A DNA stretch of 64,000 nt, from sequence record NC_015287.1. One strand, 5' to 3'. Made by a program: the position numbers and the translations under genes. Shown here one piece after another: positions 47,894 through 55,339 of this stretch; the stretch's first letter is position 1, and each line of letters starts with the position of its first letter. Below the pieces are notes generated by a model. It was not told the DNA's origin and searched no databases. It saw only the letters and a program-made list of their open reading frames with translations.

Positions 47894-48517
47894 ATGTTAA
47901 AGTCACTTCTCTATGATGATTACTCAGTGCCCTTGGGTAAAAGGGTAACAGATTTTGATGTCAAGGAGACTAACATACAATGTGTCAGAGATTTTATAGA
48001 GACATGGCACTACTCTAAGAGTGTGAATGGACTCAGAATATCTCATGTGTTTGGACTCTACTGTGACTCCACCTTGATAGGTGCAATGATATATGGTCCT
48101 CTAGGTATGGCAAATGCGTGGAGGAAGTATGGAGAGAGTGAGAGTGATGTCATTGAACTTAGGAGACTATGTTGTATTGATGCCACTCCTAAATGCACAG
48201 AGAGTTACTTCATAGGAAAGACTCAAAGGTGGTTGAAGAAGAATACCAACTACAAGATCATCGTATCCTATGCAGACGCATATCATGGTCACAGAGGAAC
48301 GATATACAAGGCAACTAACTTCAAACATGAGGGTCTAACTTCTCCAGGCAGACTTATACAATACGGTGATAAAACTTATCATGATAAGGCAATCAGAACA
48401 AAGTATAAGAATAAATTAAAACCATTTGCACAGAAACTTCGAGACGCATTGGAGTCAGGGGATGCTTACTATGTCAACACCCCAGGCAAACACATTTACA
48501 CTTTCAAGTTGAAGTGA
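47894..48517 (+). CDS. Mom-like (GNAT-fold) DNA adenine modification protein
   Basis: FIETWHYS, LIGAMIYG, ELRRL, TESYFI, VSYAD..HGH.GTIYKATNF. Confidence 0.65.
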   Translation: MLKSLLYDDYSVPLGKRVTDFDVKETNIQCVRDFIETWHYSKSVNGLRISHVFGLYCDSTLIGAMIYGPLGMANAWRKYGESESDVIELRRLCCIDATPKCTESYFIGKTQRWLKKNTNYKIIVSYADAYHGHRGTIYKATNFKHEGLTSPGRLIQYGDKTYHDKAIRTKYKNKLKPFAQKLRDALESGDAYYVNTPGKHIYTFKLK

Positions 48518-48548
48518 TATAATCTAAATAGTTTTTTTACTGTAACAA

Positions 48549-48935
48549 GTGCAATTCTCTTTTGAAAAACAGTTCGGAAAGGGTACAGATCCTTGGTACA
48601 GTAAACTGAAAAGGTGGGCGAAGAAGAAGTTCAAGAACCCATATCTTCAGCATCTTGCATTGGGTTTCATCGAATGGTTGAAACAGAAATGGATTGATGT
48701 AAAAATTGCCAACAATATGAAAGAGATTGATATACAATCAGAACAAATTAAAAAAATCTGGGAGGAACAAGATGACAGAAGAGAGCCTGACATCGTGGAG
48801 ACAGGAGTATTTGGAGATGAAGGCTGGTCTATCCAAATTACAAATCCAGTTGTTGAAAGAGGGACCTCACCAACTAGCACAGGCATGGCTACTGGGAGCG
48901 ATGCACCAAGATTACAAGAAGATGAAGGGAATTAA
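48549..48935 (+). CDS. Hypothetical protein
   Basis: GTG start after TAAATA at 48525-30. Confidence 0.55.
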   Translation: MQFSFEKQFGKGTDPWYSKLKRWAKKKFKNPYLQHLALGFIEWLKQKWIDVKIANNMKEIDIQSEQIKKIWEEQDDRREPDIVETGVFGDEGWSIQITNPVVERGTSPTSTGMATGSDAPRLQEDEGN

Positions 48936-48996
48936 GGAACCTCCTGTTGGTCAGGGGTATCAATCGTCACTCAAAGAATGGTTTCAAACGACATGA
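48772..48996 (+). CDS. Conserved cyanophage hypothetical protein
   Basis: GGAGG RBS; WRQEY...LLKEGP..LAQAWLLGAM. Confidence 0.6.
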   Translation: MTEESLTSWRQEYLEMKAGLSKLQIQLLKEGPHQLAQAWLLGAMHQDYKKMKGIKEPPVGQGYQSSLKEWFQTT

Positions 48997-49235
48997 ATTT
49001 TACGGTTTACTCAAAAAAAGGATGTGGACATTGCGAAAAAGTTCTAACTGTGTTAGAGTTAGCGAACCTAACCTACGTTGAATATAAACTTGATCGAGAC
49101 TTCGACAAGCATCAATTCTACTCACAGTTCGGAGAGGGATCTACATTCCCTCAAGTCACAGTTGATGCTCACACCATTGGTGGCGCTGCCGATACTGTTA
49201 AATACTTACAAGAAAACAATCTGGTAACATTATGA
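48993..49235 (+). CDS. Glutaredoxin
   Basis: YSKKGCGHC, TFPQV, IGG. Confidence 0.9.
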   Translation: MNFTVYSKKGCGHCEKVLTVLELANLTYVEYKLDRDFDKHQFYSQFGEGSTFPQVTVDAHTIGGAADTVKYLQENNLVTL

Positions 49236-49447
49236 TACATTTGCGTGACGACATTCTCAAGTCACAAATTCGTTATTATGAAGGTGTAATCGCCAAACAT
49301 AAACAGAATGTCGAAGTGTACCTTACCTACCCTGTAGGCATTGGAGAACACTCAGACATCATGGGTTCAATAGAGACAGAGATCAATGCTATTGCACAAG
49401 CGCATGAGAAGATTGAAGTCATCAATCACTATTTCTTAGGGAGGTAA
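49232..49447 (+). CDS. Conserved phage hypothetical protein
   Basis: NVEVYL..PVGIGEHSDI. Confidence 0.7.
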   Translation: MIHLRDDILKSQIRYYEGVIAKHKQNVEVYLTYPVGIGEHSDIMGSIETEINAIAQAHEKIEVINHYFLGR

Positions 49448-49450
49448 CTA

Positions 49451-49651
49451 ATGCACGGAAATTTGGAACCAGAAGAGGATTGGTTTAGGAAATCTCCTAA
49501 AGAACATGTCAATGATCTTTGGGAAGACATGGACAGACTCAACGCTTTGTATGAAGAGATGCACTGGCCTGCTGAGGATGTTTTAGATTTTATTCCTGAC
49601 TACGCTAACAATCAAATTATTATTAGGAACAGATCTCAGTATGGAAGATAA
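49451..49651 (+). CDS. Hypothetical protein
   Basis: GGAGG RBS; MHGNLEPEE. Confidence 0.65.
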   Translation: MHGNLEPEEDWFRKSPKEHVNDLWEDMDRLNALYEEMHWPAEDVLDFIPDYANNQIIIRNRSQYGR

Positions 49652-49913
49652 GATTGATTTGATTCTTTACAAGTTGAAGGATCTACAAAAAGAATTGGCT
49701 GATATTAAATCAACAGTCGAAGCCCATAGGGTAGAACATGGGTTTGAGAAGATGCAGCCTGGAGGAGTTAACAAAAACTTCGGAGGAGATACCATGTCTG
49801 GTCACTCAAACATGCCTCCTGGCATGGGTAGTGGTGGTGGAATGGACTTTGGATATGGTATGCCTGGTTCTGGTATGCCTATCGATGATCCTTCGATGCC
49901 CCCACCATTCTAA
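49641..49913 (+). CDS. Hypothetical protein with Gly/Met/Pro-rich tail
   Basis: Coiled-coil N-terminus, low-complexity C-terminus. Confidence 0.6.
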   Translation: MEDKIDLILYKLKDLQKELADIKSTVEAHRVEHGFEKMQPGGVNKNFGGDTMSGHSNMPPGMGSGGGMDFGYGMPGSGMPIDDPSMPPPF

Positions 49914-49957
49914 AATCAGCTTTTAAAACACAAAAAGCTGGAAAAAAAATTCGGGTA
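49912..49957. repeat. 46 bp dispersed intergenic element, copy 1
   Basis: AAAATCAGCTTTTAAAACACAAAAAGCTGGAAAAAAAATTCGGGTA; 44/46 identical to 54539-54584. Confidence 0.85.
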
Positions 49958-49979
49958 AAATTTTGAGCCGTAGGGTCGC

Positions 49980-51515
49980 ATGAAATTATTAGGTCTAAGA
50001 TTAGACTCTCATGATGCAAACGTAACTTACTATGATGGTGAAACTGTCAGGTATAGATCTTTTGAAAGAGACTATCAATGTAAGCATGTTGGTTTTGAGA
50101 ACGGAATATATCAATGGACAAGAATACTTGAGGATTGGAACATCCAACCTTGGTTTATTGATGGTGTCTGCATCATCATGGACTGTGCTGGAACTGAATA
50201 TGAAAGGATGGGTGTCGTACATGAATCCATCGCCATAAATTCTAAAGAGATATCTGAAGTAGTAGAAATACCTTTCTTCAGAGACATTGGATTTAGATGT
50301 CCTATTCATAGAATAGATCATCACTATGCACATACACTAAGTTTCTGGCCTATGAAGGTCAAACCCAATCTTCACTTTGTCTTTGATGGATTTGGTGACG
50401 ACTGGATGTATCGTAGTGTGTGGAGAGACGATAAACTTATTGACTACGGCAAGACCGAAGGTATATTTCCAAGTCAAGTGGGTTCACCCAGTCTTGGATT
50501 TATTATGACTAGGATGGGTGCTTCCTTGCAATTAGGTGGTCACTACCTAGATCAGGCAGGGAAGATCATGGCTCTGAAAGCGTTTGGTAAAAATAATCCA
50601 GACGTATCTGCTGACGGTCTCGGTATAGATGATCTGGAAATACTGTGGGATTTTGATGTAATAGATAAACATCTTCATGATCAACAATACATCATGGATT
50701 ATATTCATACAGCACATGAATATACAGAACAGATTTATCTTAGACATTTCCAACAGTTCATCAAACCAGATGATGTAGTGGGATACTCTGGTGGTGTAGC
50801 ACAAAATACTATTATTAATAAGGTATTGAAAGATGCTATACCTAATCTGGTCATACCTCCACACGCATATGATCAGGGTCTAAGTCTCGGTGCTATTGAG
50901 TTTCTGAGGAGGGAACATAATCTGAAACCACTTCCGATAGATGGATTCCCCTTCATACAGGACGATCAGGCTCCTGTTGAAAGACCTTCCTCTAAAACCA
51001 TCAAGGAGACCGCAGAGAGACTCGCCAAGGGTGAGATTGTTGGATGGTATCAAGGACATGGTGAGGTAGGTCCTAGAGCGTTAGGTAACAGAAGTATCCT
51101 TATGAATCCTTTCGATCAACATGGGAAGGATTACATTAATAATAAGGTGAAACATAGAGAACCATTTAGACCATTCGGTGCTTCAGTATTAGAAGAGAAG
51201 GTAAGTGAAAACTTTTATTGGAATGGTCCTAGTCCATACATGTTATATGTTACTGATGTATTGGAACCAGACAGATACCCTTGTATCACACATGCAGACG
51301 GCACATGTAGGATTAATACTGTAAATGAATCTCAAGAAGATTACTACAGTCTCCTACAGGAGTTTGAGAAGTTGACAGGATCACCTGTGTTGCTCAATAC
51401 TTCCCTAAATAATGGTGGTAAACCCATAGCTGGAAGGTTTGGGGATGCCCTAGAGATATTTTATGAAACAGGACTGGACACTCTGGTTCTGGGTGACAAT
51501 ATTAAATCTTCATAA
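49980..51515 (+). CDS. Carbamoyltransferase (NodU/CmcH family)
   Basis: HDAN, DHHYAH, DGFGD, AGKIMAL, SGGVAQN, GPRALGNRSIL, HREPFRPF, LLNTSLN. Confidence 0.92.
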   Translation: MKLLGLRLDSHDANVTYYDGETVRYRSFERDYQCKHVGFENGIYQWTRILEDWNIQPWFIDGVCIIMDCAGTEYERMGVVHESIAINSKEISEVVEIPFFRDIGFRCPIHRIDHHYAHTLSFWPMKVKPNLHFVFDGFGDDWMYRSVWRDDKLIDYGKTEGIFPSQVGSPSLGFIMTRMGASLQLGGHYLDQAGKIMALKAFGKNNPDVSADGLGIDDLEILWDFDVIDKHLHDQQYIMDYIHTAHEYTEQIYLRHFQQFIKPDDVVGYSGGVAQNTIINKVLKDAIPNLVIPPHAYDQGLSLGAIEFLRREHNLKPLPIDGFPFIQDDQAPVERPSSKTIKETAERLAKGEIVGWYQGHGEVGPRALGNRSILMNPFDQHGKDYINNKVKHREPFRPFGASVLEEKVSENFYWNGPSPYMLYVTDVLEPDRYPCITHADGTCRINTVNESQEDYYSLLQEFEKLTGSPVLLNTSLNNGGKPIAGRFGDALEIFYETGLDTLVLGDNIKSS

Positions 51516-51551
51516 AATTGTATCAAAAATGTAGTTTAAGATACAGTTAAC

Positions 51552-51581
51552 TTGACTAAATATAAGTATATGTGTTATAAT
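51552..51581 (+). promoter_or_regulatory. Promoter driving riboswitch locus
   Basis: TTGACT-N18-TATAAT (TG extension) with embedded TAAATA at 51557-62. Confidence 0.6.
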
Positions 51582-51588
51582 TAACACA

Positions 51589-51654
51589 ATCGTTCATCCC
51601 CCAAGTTGCCTTAGGCGACCAAGTGGGACGCAAGTAAGCCGACACGGAACGGAT
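51589..51654 (+). ncRNA. Glutamine-II (Downstream-peptide) riboswitch-like aptamer 1
   Basis: CGTTCATCC...GGGACGCAAGTAAGCCGACACGGAACGG; P1 CGTTC/GAACG, P2 TCCC/GGGA. Confidence 0.75.
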
Positions 51655-51837
51655 CGTTCATCCTATGATTGATGTTTTACTCTACATGTCTTTAAGCTGC
51701 GAAGATACGGCTGATATGATCAGACGTATCCGAGAGAAGGATAATGTGAGTGCGCTGATTCAGACGGAGCTTGTTGATGTACTTCAAGAAGCAACGCCTG
51801 AGTGTTCATGGGACGCAAATGCCGACTGAAGGAACGG
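51655..51837 (+). ncRNA. Glutamine-II riboswitch-like aptamer 2 with ORF-sized P2 loop
   Basis: CGTTCATCC (51655-63)...GGGACGCAAATGCCGACTGAAGGAACGG (51810-37); P2 TCCTATG/CATGGGA. Confidence 0.7.
51665..51829 (+). CDS. 54 aa protein nested in aptamer 2 (absent from ORF track)
   Basis: MIDVLLYMSLSCEDTADMIRRIREKDNVSALIQTELVDVLQEATPECSWDANAD*. Confidence 0.65.
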   Translation: MIDVLLYMSLSCEDTADMIRRIREKDNVSALIQTELVDVLQEATPECSWDANAD

Positions 51838-51875
51838 AGTTTTTACAAACCCCTACTACTTACAGGAGAAACCAA

Positions 51876-52019
51876 ATGGCTAAGGTCACATACAGAGGAG
51901 TCTCTTACGACTCTGAAGAGTACAACGCAAAGGTACTCAAAGAAGCTGCTCAGAAGCAACGTCACGAACTTATGTATCGTGGTATCAAGGTGGAACGCAA
52001 GTTCGCATCTAAGAGCTGA
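51876..52019 (+). CDS. DUF4278-like small basic protein
   Basis: MAKVTYRGVSY...LMYRGIKV (two YRG motifs); RBS AGGAG. Confidence 0.8.
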   Translation: MAKVTYRGVSYDSEEYNAKVLKEAAQKQRHELMYRGIKVERKFASKS

Positions 52020-52050
52020 TGATCAGTTGACAAATACATACTTGTCGTTT

Positions 52051-52077
52051 AACCTCTACATATTGTAGAGGTTTTTT
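52051..52077 (+). terminator. Rho-independent terminator
   Basis: AACCTCTACA-TAT-TGTAGAGGTT-TTTT. Confidence 0.8.
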
Positions 52078-52100
52078 AATGTCACGAAATAAAAACTAGA

Positions 52101-52141
52101 AGTTTAAGAGAAGGTAAACGGTAACACAAGTTACAGTTAAG
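52101..52141 (-). promoter_or_regulatory. Putative Pho box array
   Basis: Minus-strand 8-mers CTTAAACT (52101-08), GTTTACCT (52112-19), CTTAACTG (52134-41) in 11 nt phase, upstream of OMP-pstS. Confidence 0.45.
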
Positions 52142-52176
52142 GTGCTCTATATAAAAAGGTTTATAAACTAAAACTA

Positions 52177-52533
52177 ATGAAAGCATTCGCAGTTGCCCTG
52201 CTCGGTTTAGGATTCATTCCTTCCGCAATCGCAGGTCCGTATGTATCCACTAAAACCGAATTTAAAGGTGACGAAGATGGATACTCAAAGATGGTTAACC
52301 AAGCAAGAATTGGTACAACTTTTAAAGTAGGATCATTAAAACCATATATTGAAGCTGGTGGTGGTATTGTATCACCAGATGGTAAAGATGCAGAAGGATT
52401 CCAAGTAATCGAAGTTGGTTCTAAGTTTAAACTTACTGACTCACTTGCTGCAAAAGCAAAGTTTGAGCATAAGTGGGAACCAGACTCAGAAAGAGACTGG
52501 AAATTTGAAGTCGGCACTAAGTACAAATTCTAA
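52177..52533 (+). CDS. Small outer-membrane beta-barrel-like protein (DUF680/PhCOG173-like), copy 2
   Basis: Signal peptide ending AIA|GPYV; YIEAGGG; C-terminal KYKF; directly upstream of pstS. Confidence 0.7.
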   Translation: MKAFAVALLGLGFIPSAIAGPYVSTKTEFKGDEDGYSKMVNQARIGTTFKVGSLKPYIEAGGGIVSPDGKDAEGFQVIEVGSKFKLTDSLAAKAKFEHKWEPDSERDWKFEVGTKYKF

Positions 52534-52535
52534 TC

Positions 52536-53513
52536 ATGAAAAAAGCACTCTTAATCGCAGCTGCCATCGCAACTGCTGTAATCACTCCACTTAACTTAGC
52601 AGTGGAAGCAAGAACAAGACTGAGTGGTGCTGGTGCATCATTCCCATCTAAAATCTATAGTCGTTGGTTTTACGACTTAGCAAAAGAGAAAGGACCTAGA
52701 GTTAACTATCAGGCAGTTGGATCTGGTAGTGGTCGTAAGGCATTCATTGATCAGACAGTAAACTTCGGTGCATCTGATGATCCTATGAAAGATAAGGACA
52801 TTGCTAAAGTAAAACGTGGTCTAGTTCAAATTCCTATGACAGGTGGAACTATTGCCTTTGGTTATAACAATCCTGGCTGTGATCTTAAATTGACACAACA
52901 ACAGGCAGTTGAAGTTGCAATGGGTATCATTTCTAACTGGAAGGAAGTTGGATGTGATGATCAGAGAATGGTTTGGGCACATAGATCTGATGGATCTGGA
53001 ACTACCAAGGCATTCACTAGTAGTATGAAAGCATTCTCTCCTACTTGGACTCTAGGAACAGGTAAATCTGTAGCGTGGCCAGTTGGAGTTGGTGGTAAGG
53101 GTAATGCTGGTGTTGCTGGTATTATTAAGAATACACCAGGCGCTATTGGTTATGTGAACCAATCTTATATTGATGACACTGTTAGAGCAGCAGCACTTCA
53201 AAACTTGAACGGTGAGTTTCTAAAACCATCTGTTGAAGCAGGAGCAAAGGCACTCAATGGTATTGAGTTAGATGAGAATCTTGCAGGGACAAATCCAAAT
53301 CCAACAGCAGAAGGAGCATATCCGATTGCTACATTGACTTGGATACTTGCATATGAAACTGGTAATGGTAGAAATACCAAAGCAATCAAAACATCTCTAT
53401 CAACTCTATTGAGTGATGAGTATCAGGATAAAGCACCTAAACTAGGATTCGTTCCTTTGAAGGGTGAGATTCTTGAGAAGGCAAGAGCTGCTGTAGAGAG
53501 GATAGGGAAATAG
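52536..53513 (+). CDS. pstS: Phosphate ABC transporter periplasmic binding protein
   Basis: GAGASFP, YQAVGSGSG, FGASD, HRSDGSGTT, GGKGNAGV, AIGYV, YPIATLTWIL. Confidence 0.96.
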   Translation: MKKALLIAAAIATAVITPLNLAVEARTRLSGAGASFPSKIYSRWFYDLAKEKGPRVNYQAVGSGSGRKAFIDQTVNFGASDDPMKDKDIAKVKRGLVQIPMTGGTIAFGYNNPGCDLKLTQQQAVEVAMGIISNWKEVGCDDQRMVWAHRSDGSGTTKAFTSSMKAFSPTWTLGTGKSVAWPVGVGGKGNAGVAGIIKNTPGAIGYVNQSYIDDTVRAAALQNLNGEFLKPSVEAGAKALNGIELDENLAGTNPNPTAEGAYPIATLTWILAYETGNGRNTKAIKTSLSTLLSDEYQDKAPKLGFVPLKGEILEKARAAVERIGK

Positions 53514-53546
53514 TGACATAAATATTACGTTATGTAACGAATAATT

Positions 53547-53645
53547 TTGGATACACTACATTTGACTATCTTAGCATTATCAGGAACAGTTGCCACCACT
53601 GCATGTTTCTTGGTTATGGTCTACATAAACGACACTAAGTATTAA
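53547..53645 (+). CDS. Possible 32 aa hydrophobic peptide
   Basis: TTG start, LDTLHLTILALSGTVATTACFLVMVYINDTKY*; no clear RBS. Confidence 0.3.
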   Translation: MDTLHLTILALSGTVATTACFLVMVYINDTKY

Positions 53646-53793
53646 TTACTTGGGTAGAAATACGCCATTACAGTGTGTGAAGATCCACACAAATATCGGG
53701 GATCGCTCTATAAATAATGGTAGAATTAGGAAAAACAAGATGAAGTGAAACTCAAACTTCGTGATGTTTAACAATTCAAAAGGAGAAGACCGT

Positions 53794-53958
53794 ATGAGAA
53801 ACAAACTGTCCCATAATCAGATGGCAGAATGGATTCACACAGAGTCAATATCTGGTTTCGACCAAGATACCCTAATCGACGAATACTTTGACTGCATCAT
53901 CGATTGCGAGGACAATGCAACACAATGTAGACAAGTATGTACCGAAATTCTAAAATAA
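53794..53958 (+). CDS. Small Cys-rich protein
   Basis: AGGAG RBS; EYFDCIIDCED...CRQVC; TAAATA at 53711-16. Confidence 0.7.
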   Translation: MRNKLSHNQMAEWIHTESISGFDQDTLIDEYFDCIIDCEDNATQCRQVCTEILK

Positions 53959-53980
53959 TTAAACCAATGAACTAAATTTA

Positions 53981-54004
53981 GAGGCCTCCGAAAGGGGGTC
54001 TCTT
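53981..54004 (+). terminator. Terminator hairpin
   Basis: GAGGCCTCC-GAAA-GGGGGTCTC-TT. Confidence 0.65.
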
Positions 54005-54012
54005 CGTATTTT

Positions 54013-54162
54013 ATGAGTATTATCATTTACCAAGAGCATATTCTTTTCCTCGAAGCAGAGAACAAAAAACTGAAGGAAGAGATAGTATTACTTCAAGAGT
54101 TACTAGAAATAAAATCTATGGGTCTCCCCTTGACAGAGGAGGAAGATGGAGGTATAGTGTAG
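54013..54162 (+). CDS. Small coiled-coil protein (absent from ORF track)
   Basis: MSIIIYQEHILFLEAENKKLKEEI...GGIV*, 49 aa. Confidence 0.5.
   Translation: MSIIIYQEHILFLEAENKKLKEEIVLLQELLEIKSMGLPLTEEEDGGIV
54130..54158 (+). promoter_or_regulatory. Sigma70-type early promoter
   Basis: TTGACA-N17-TATAGT. Confidence 0.55.
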
Positions 54163-54178
54163 TCAGTACTTCGATCAC

Positions 54179-54259
54179 ATGGTAATTGCATTTTTTTCAA
54201 TCTTGCTAATAATTTTTATATTATTGGTGCTAGTAACTTATTACAATCCACATGGGTGA
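54179..54259 (+). CDS. Possible 26 aa membrane peptide
   Basis: MVIAFFSILLIIFILLVLVTYYNPHG*. Confidence 0.4.
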   Translation: MVIAFFSILLIIFILLVLVTYYNPHG

Positions 54260-54530
54260 CATGAAAATAGGAGATCAAGTGAGATTTCTAGGATGTACAC
54301 CTGAGCAAGTTAGGTGGGGGAACAATGACGATCCTACTTTAAAACTAATCAAAGGGAATACATACTTAGTAGAACATGTTGAGATTCGTGCTCAGCATAC
54401 TAAAATAAAGTTGATCGGAGTAGATGGCAATTTCAATTCAGTTTGTTTTGAAAAGGCAGTAGGTTGTATCCGACAAGCGAAGCCCCTCGACTACCGTGAA
54501 GACTATGACTCAATCCCAAACAGGTACTAG
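54252..54530 (+). CDS. Hypothetical protein
   Basis: IGDQVRFLG...QVRWGNNDDP...FNSVCFE. Confidence 0.65.
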   Translation: MGDMKIGDQVRFLGCTPEQVRWGNNDDPTLKLIKGNTYLVEHVEIRAQHTKIKLIGVDGNFNSVCFEKAVGCIRQAKPLDYREDYDSIPNRY

Positions 54531-54538
54531 CCAAAACG

Positions 54539-54584
54539 AAAATCAGCTTTTAAAACCAAAAAAGCTGGAAAAAAAATTCGGGTA
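54539..54584. repeat. 46 bp dispersed intergenic element, copy 2
   Basis: AAAATCAGCTTTTAAAACCAAAAAAGCTGGAAAAAAAATTCGGGTA. Confidence 0.85.
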
Positions 54585-54609
54585 TTTTTCCATCCTACAG
54601 GGTCAGCTA

Positions 54610-54951
54610 ATGAATTTTCCACTATCTGACGTTACTAAGGAAAGAAGAGATACCTACACGAAGGCAGAAGTTGATGCCTTAATTAAATACGCAATAGATG
54701 AAGCAAGAAAGATTGATGAAGCATCTATGGCAAAACATAACAGAGACGCATCTGTTATTAGTATGATTTTAGGTTTTATCGCTCTGGCACTATTTTTGGA
54801 TGGAACTCTCCGATTGTTGGGAATTATTCCACCTTTTATGGGCATTGATATTGACATCTTGGACAAAATCGTAGATAGAGTCGAAGGAGATGTTATAGAT
54901 AAGATAAAACAAGTCCCAATACAAAAAATACTACAACAAGGCTTCCGATGA
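54610..54951 (+). CDS. Conserved membrane protein
   Basis: KHNRDASVISMILGFIALALFLDG.LRLLGIIPPF; likely start 54610. Confidence 0.65.
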   Translation: MNFPLSDVTKERRDTYTKAEVDALIKYAIDEARKIDEASMAKHNRDASVISMILGFIALALFLDGTLRLLGIIPPFMGIDIDILDKIVDRVEGDVIDKIKQVPIQKILQQGFR

Positions 54952-55193
54952 ATGATTTCCTAATATTTGTGTATTTGTGCTTTTTTGTCGCTCTATTTGG
55001 GGCGACATTTGCGTTTATGTTCAAAATGATGACTTCAACGTTTGAAGAAATGGACAAACCCACAAAAACAAGGAAATCTGACTTACATCCAGAAATGCAA
55101 GATGTAAAATCTGGAGAACAACTGCTAGTTTTCAACCCATCTACAGATGAGGATGATGACGGCGAAGGTGACGTTTTTATTGTTAGAAAATGA
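54948..55193 (+). CDS. Single-pass membrane protein (DUF2973-like)
   Basis: TM then LHPEMQDV...LLVF. Confidence 0.6.
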   Translation: MNDFLIFVYLCFFVALFGATFAFMFKMMTSTFEEMDKPTKTRKSDLHPEMQDVKSGEQLLVFNPSTDEDDDGEGDVFIVRK

Positions 55194-55339
55194 TTATTCC
55201 ACATTATAATTTTGACCCCAACATTACATTCCCAATCTCGATTGCAGTTATCACTGTATTGTGCATATTCTATGGCATTTACAGAGGATTCTTTGCAAAC
55301 GAAGGATTAGATGACCCATTTGATGATCACGATGACTGA
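55190..55339 (+). CDS. psbN: PsbN-like protein (absent from ORF track)
   Basis: ...ISIAVITVLCIFYGIYRGFFANEGLDDPFDDHDD* resembles PsbN TM-YALYTAF...LRDPFEEH. Confidence 0.65.
   Translation: MIIPHYNFDPNITFPISIAVITVLCIFYGIYRGFFANEGLDDPFDDHDD

Noticed and set aside
51771-51875. N-terminal extension of the DUF4278-like ORF, and ORF 51802..52068
   Set aside because: A strong AGGAG RBS supports 51876; the extensions overlap the aptamer and nested ORF in other frames.
52027-52055. TTGACA after the DUF4278-like gene as a promoter
   Set aside because: The matching -10 (TAACCT) is weak and overlaps the terminator stem; not supported enough.
53794-53958. Possible CP12
   Set aside because: Cys spacing differs and the CP12 AWD.VEEL core and C-terminal YC..NP...EC motif are missing.
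54496-54609. N-terminal extension of ORF 54496..54951
   Set aside because: It runs through the non-coding 46 bp repeat; 54610 is the more plausible start.
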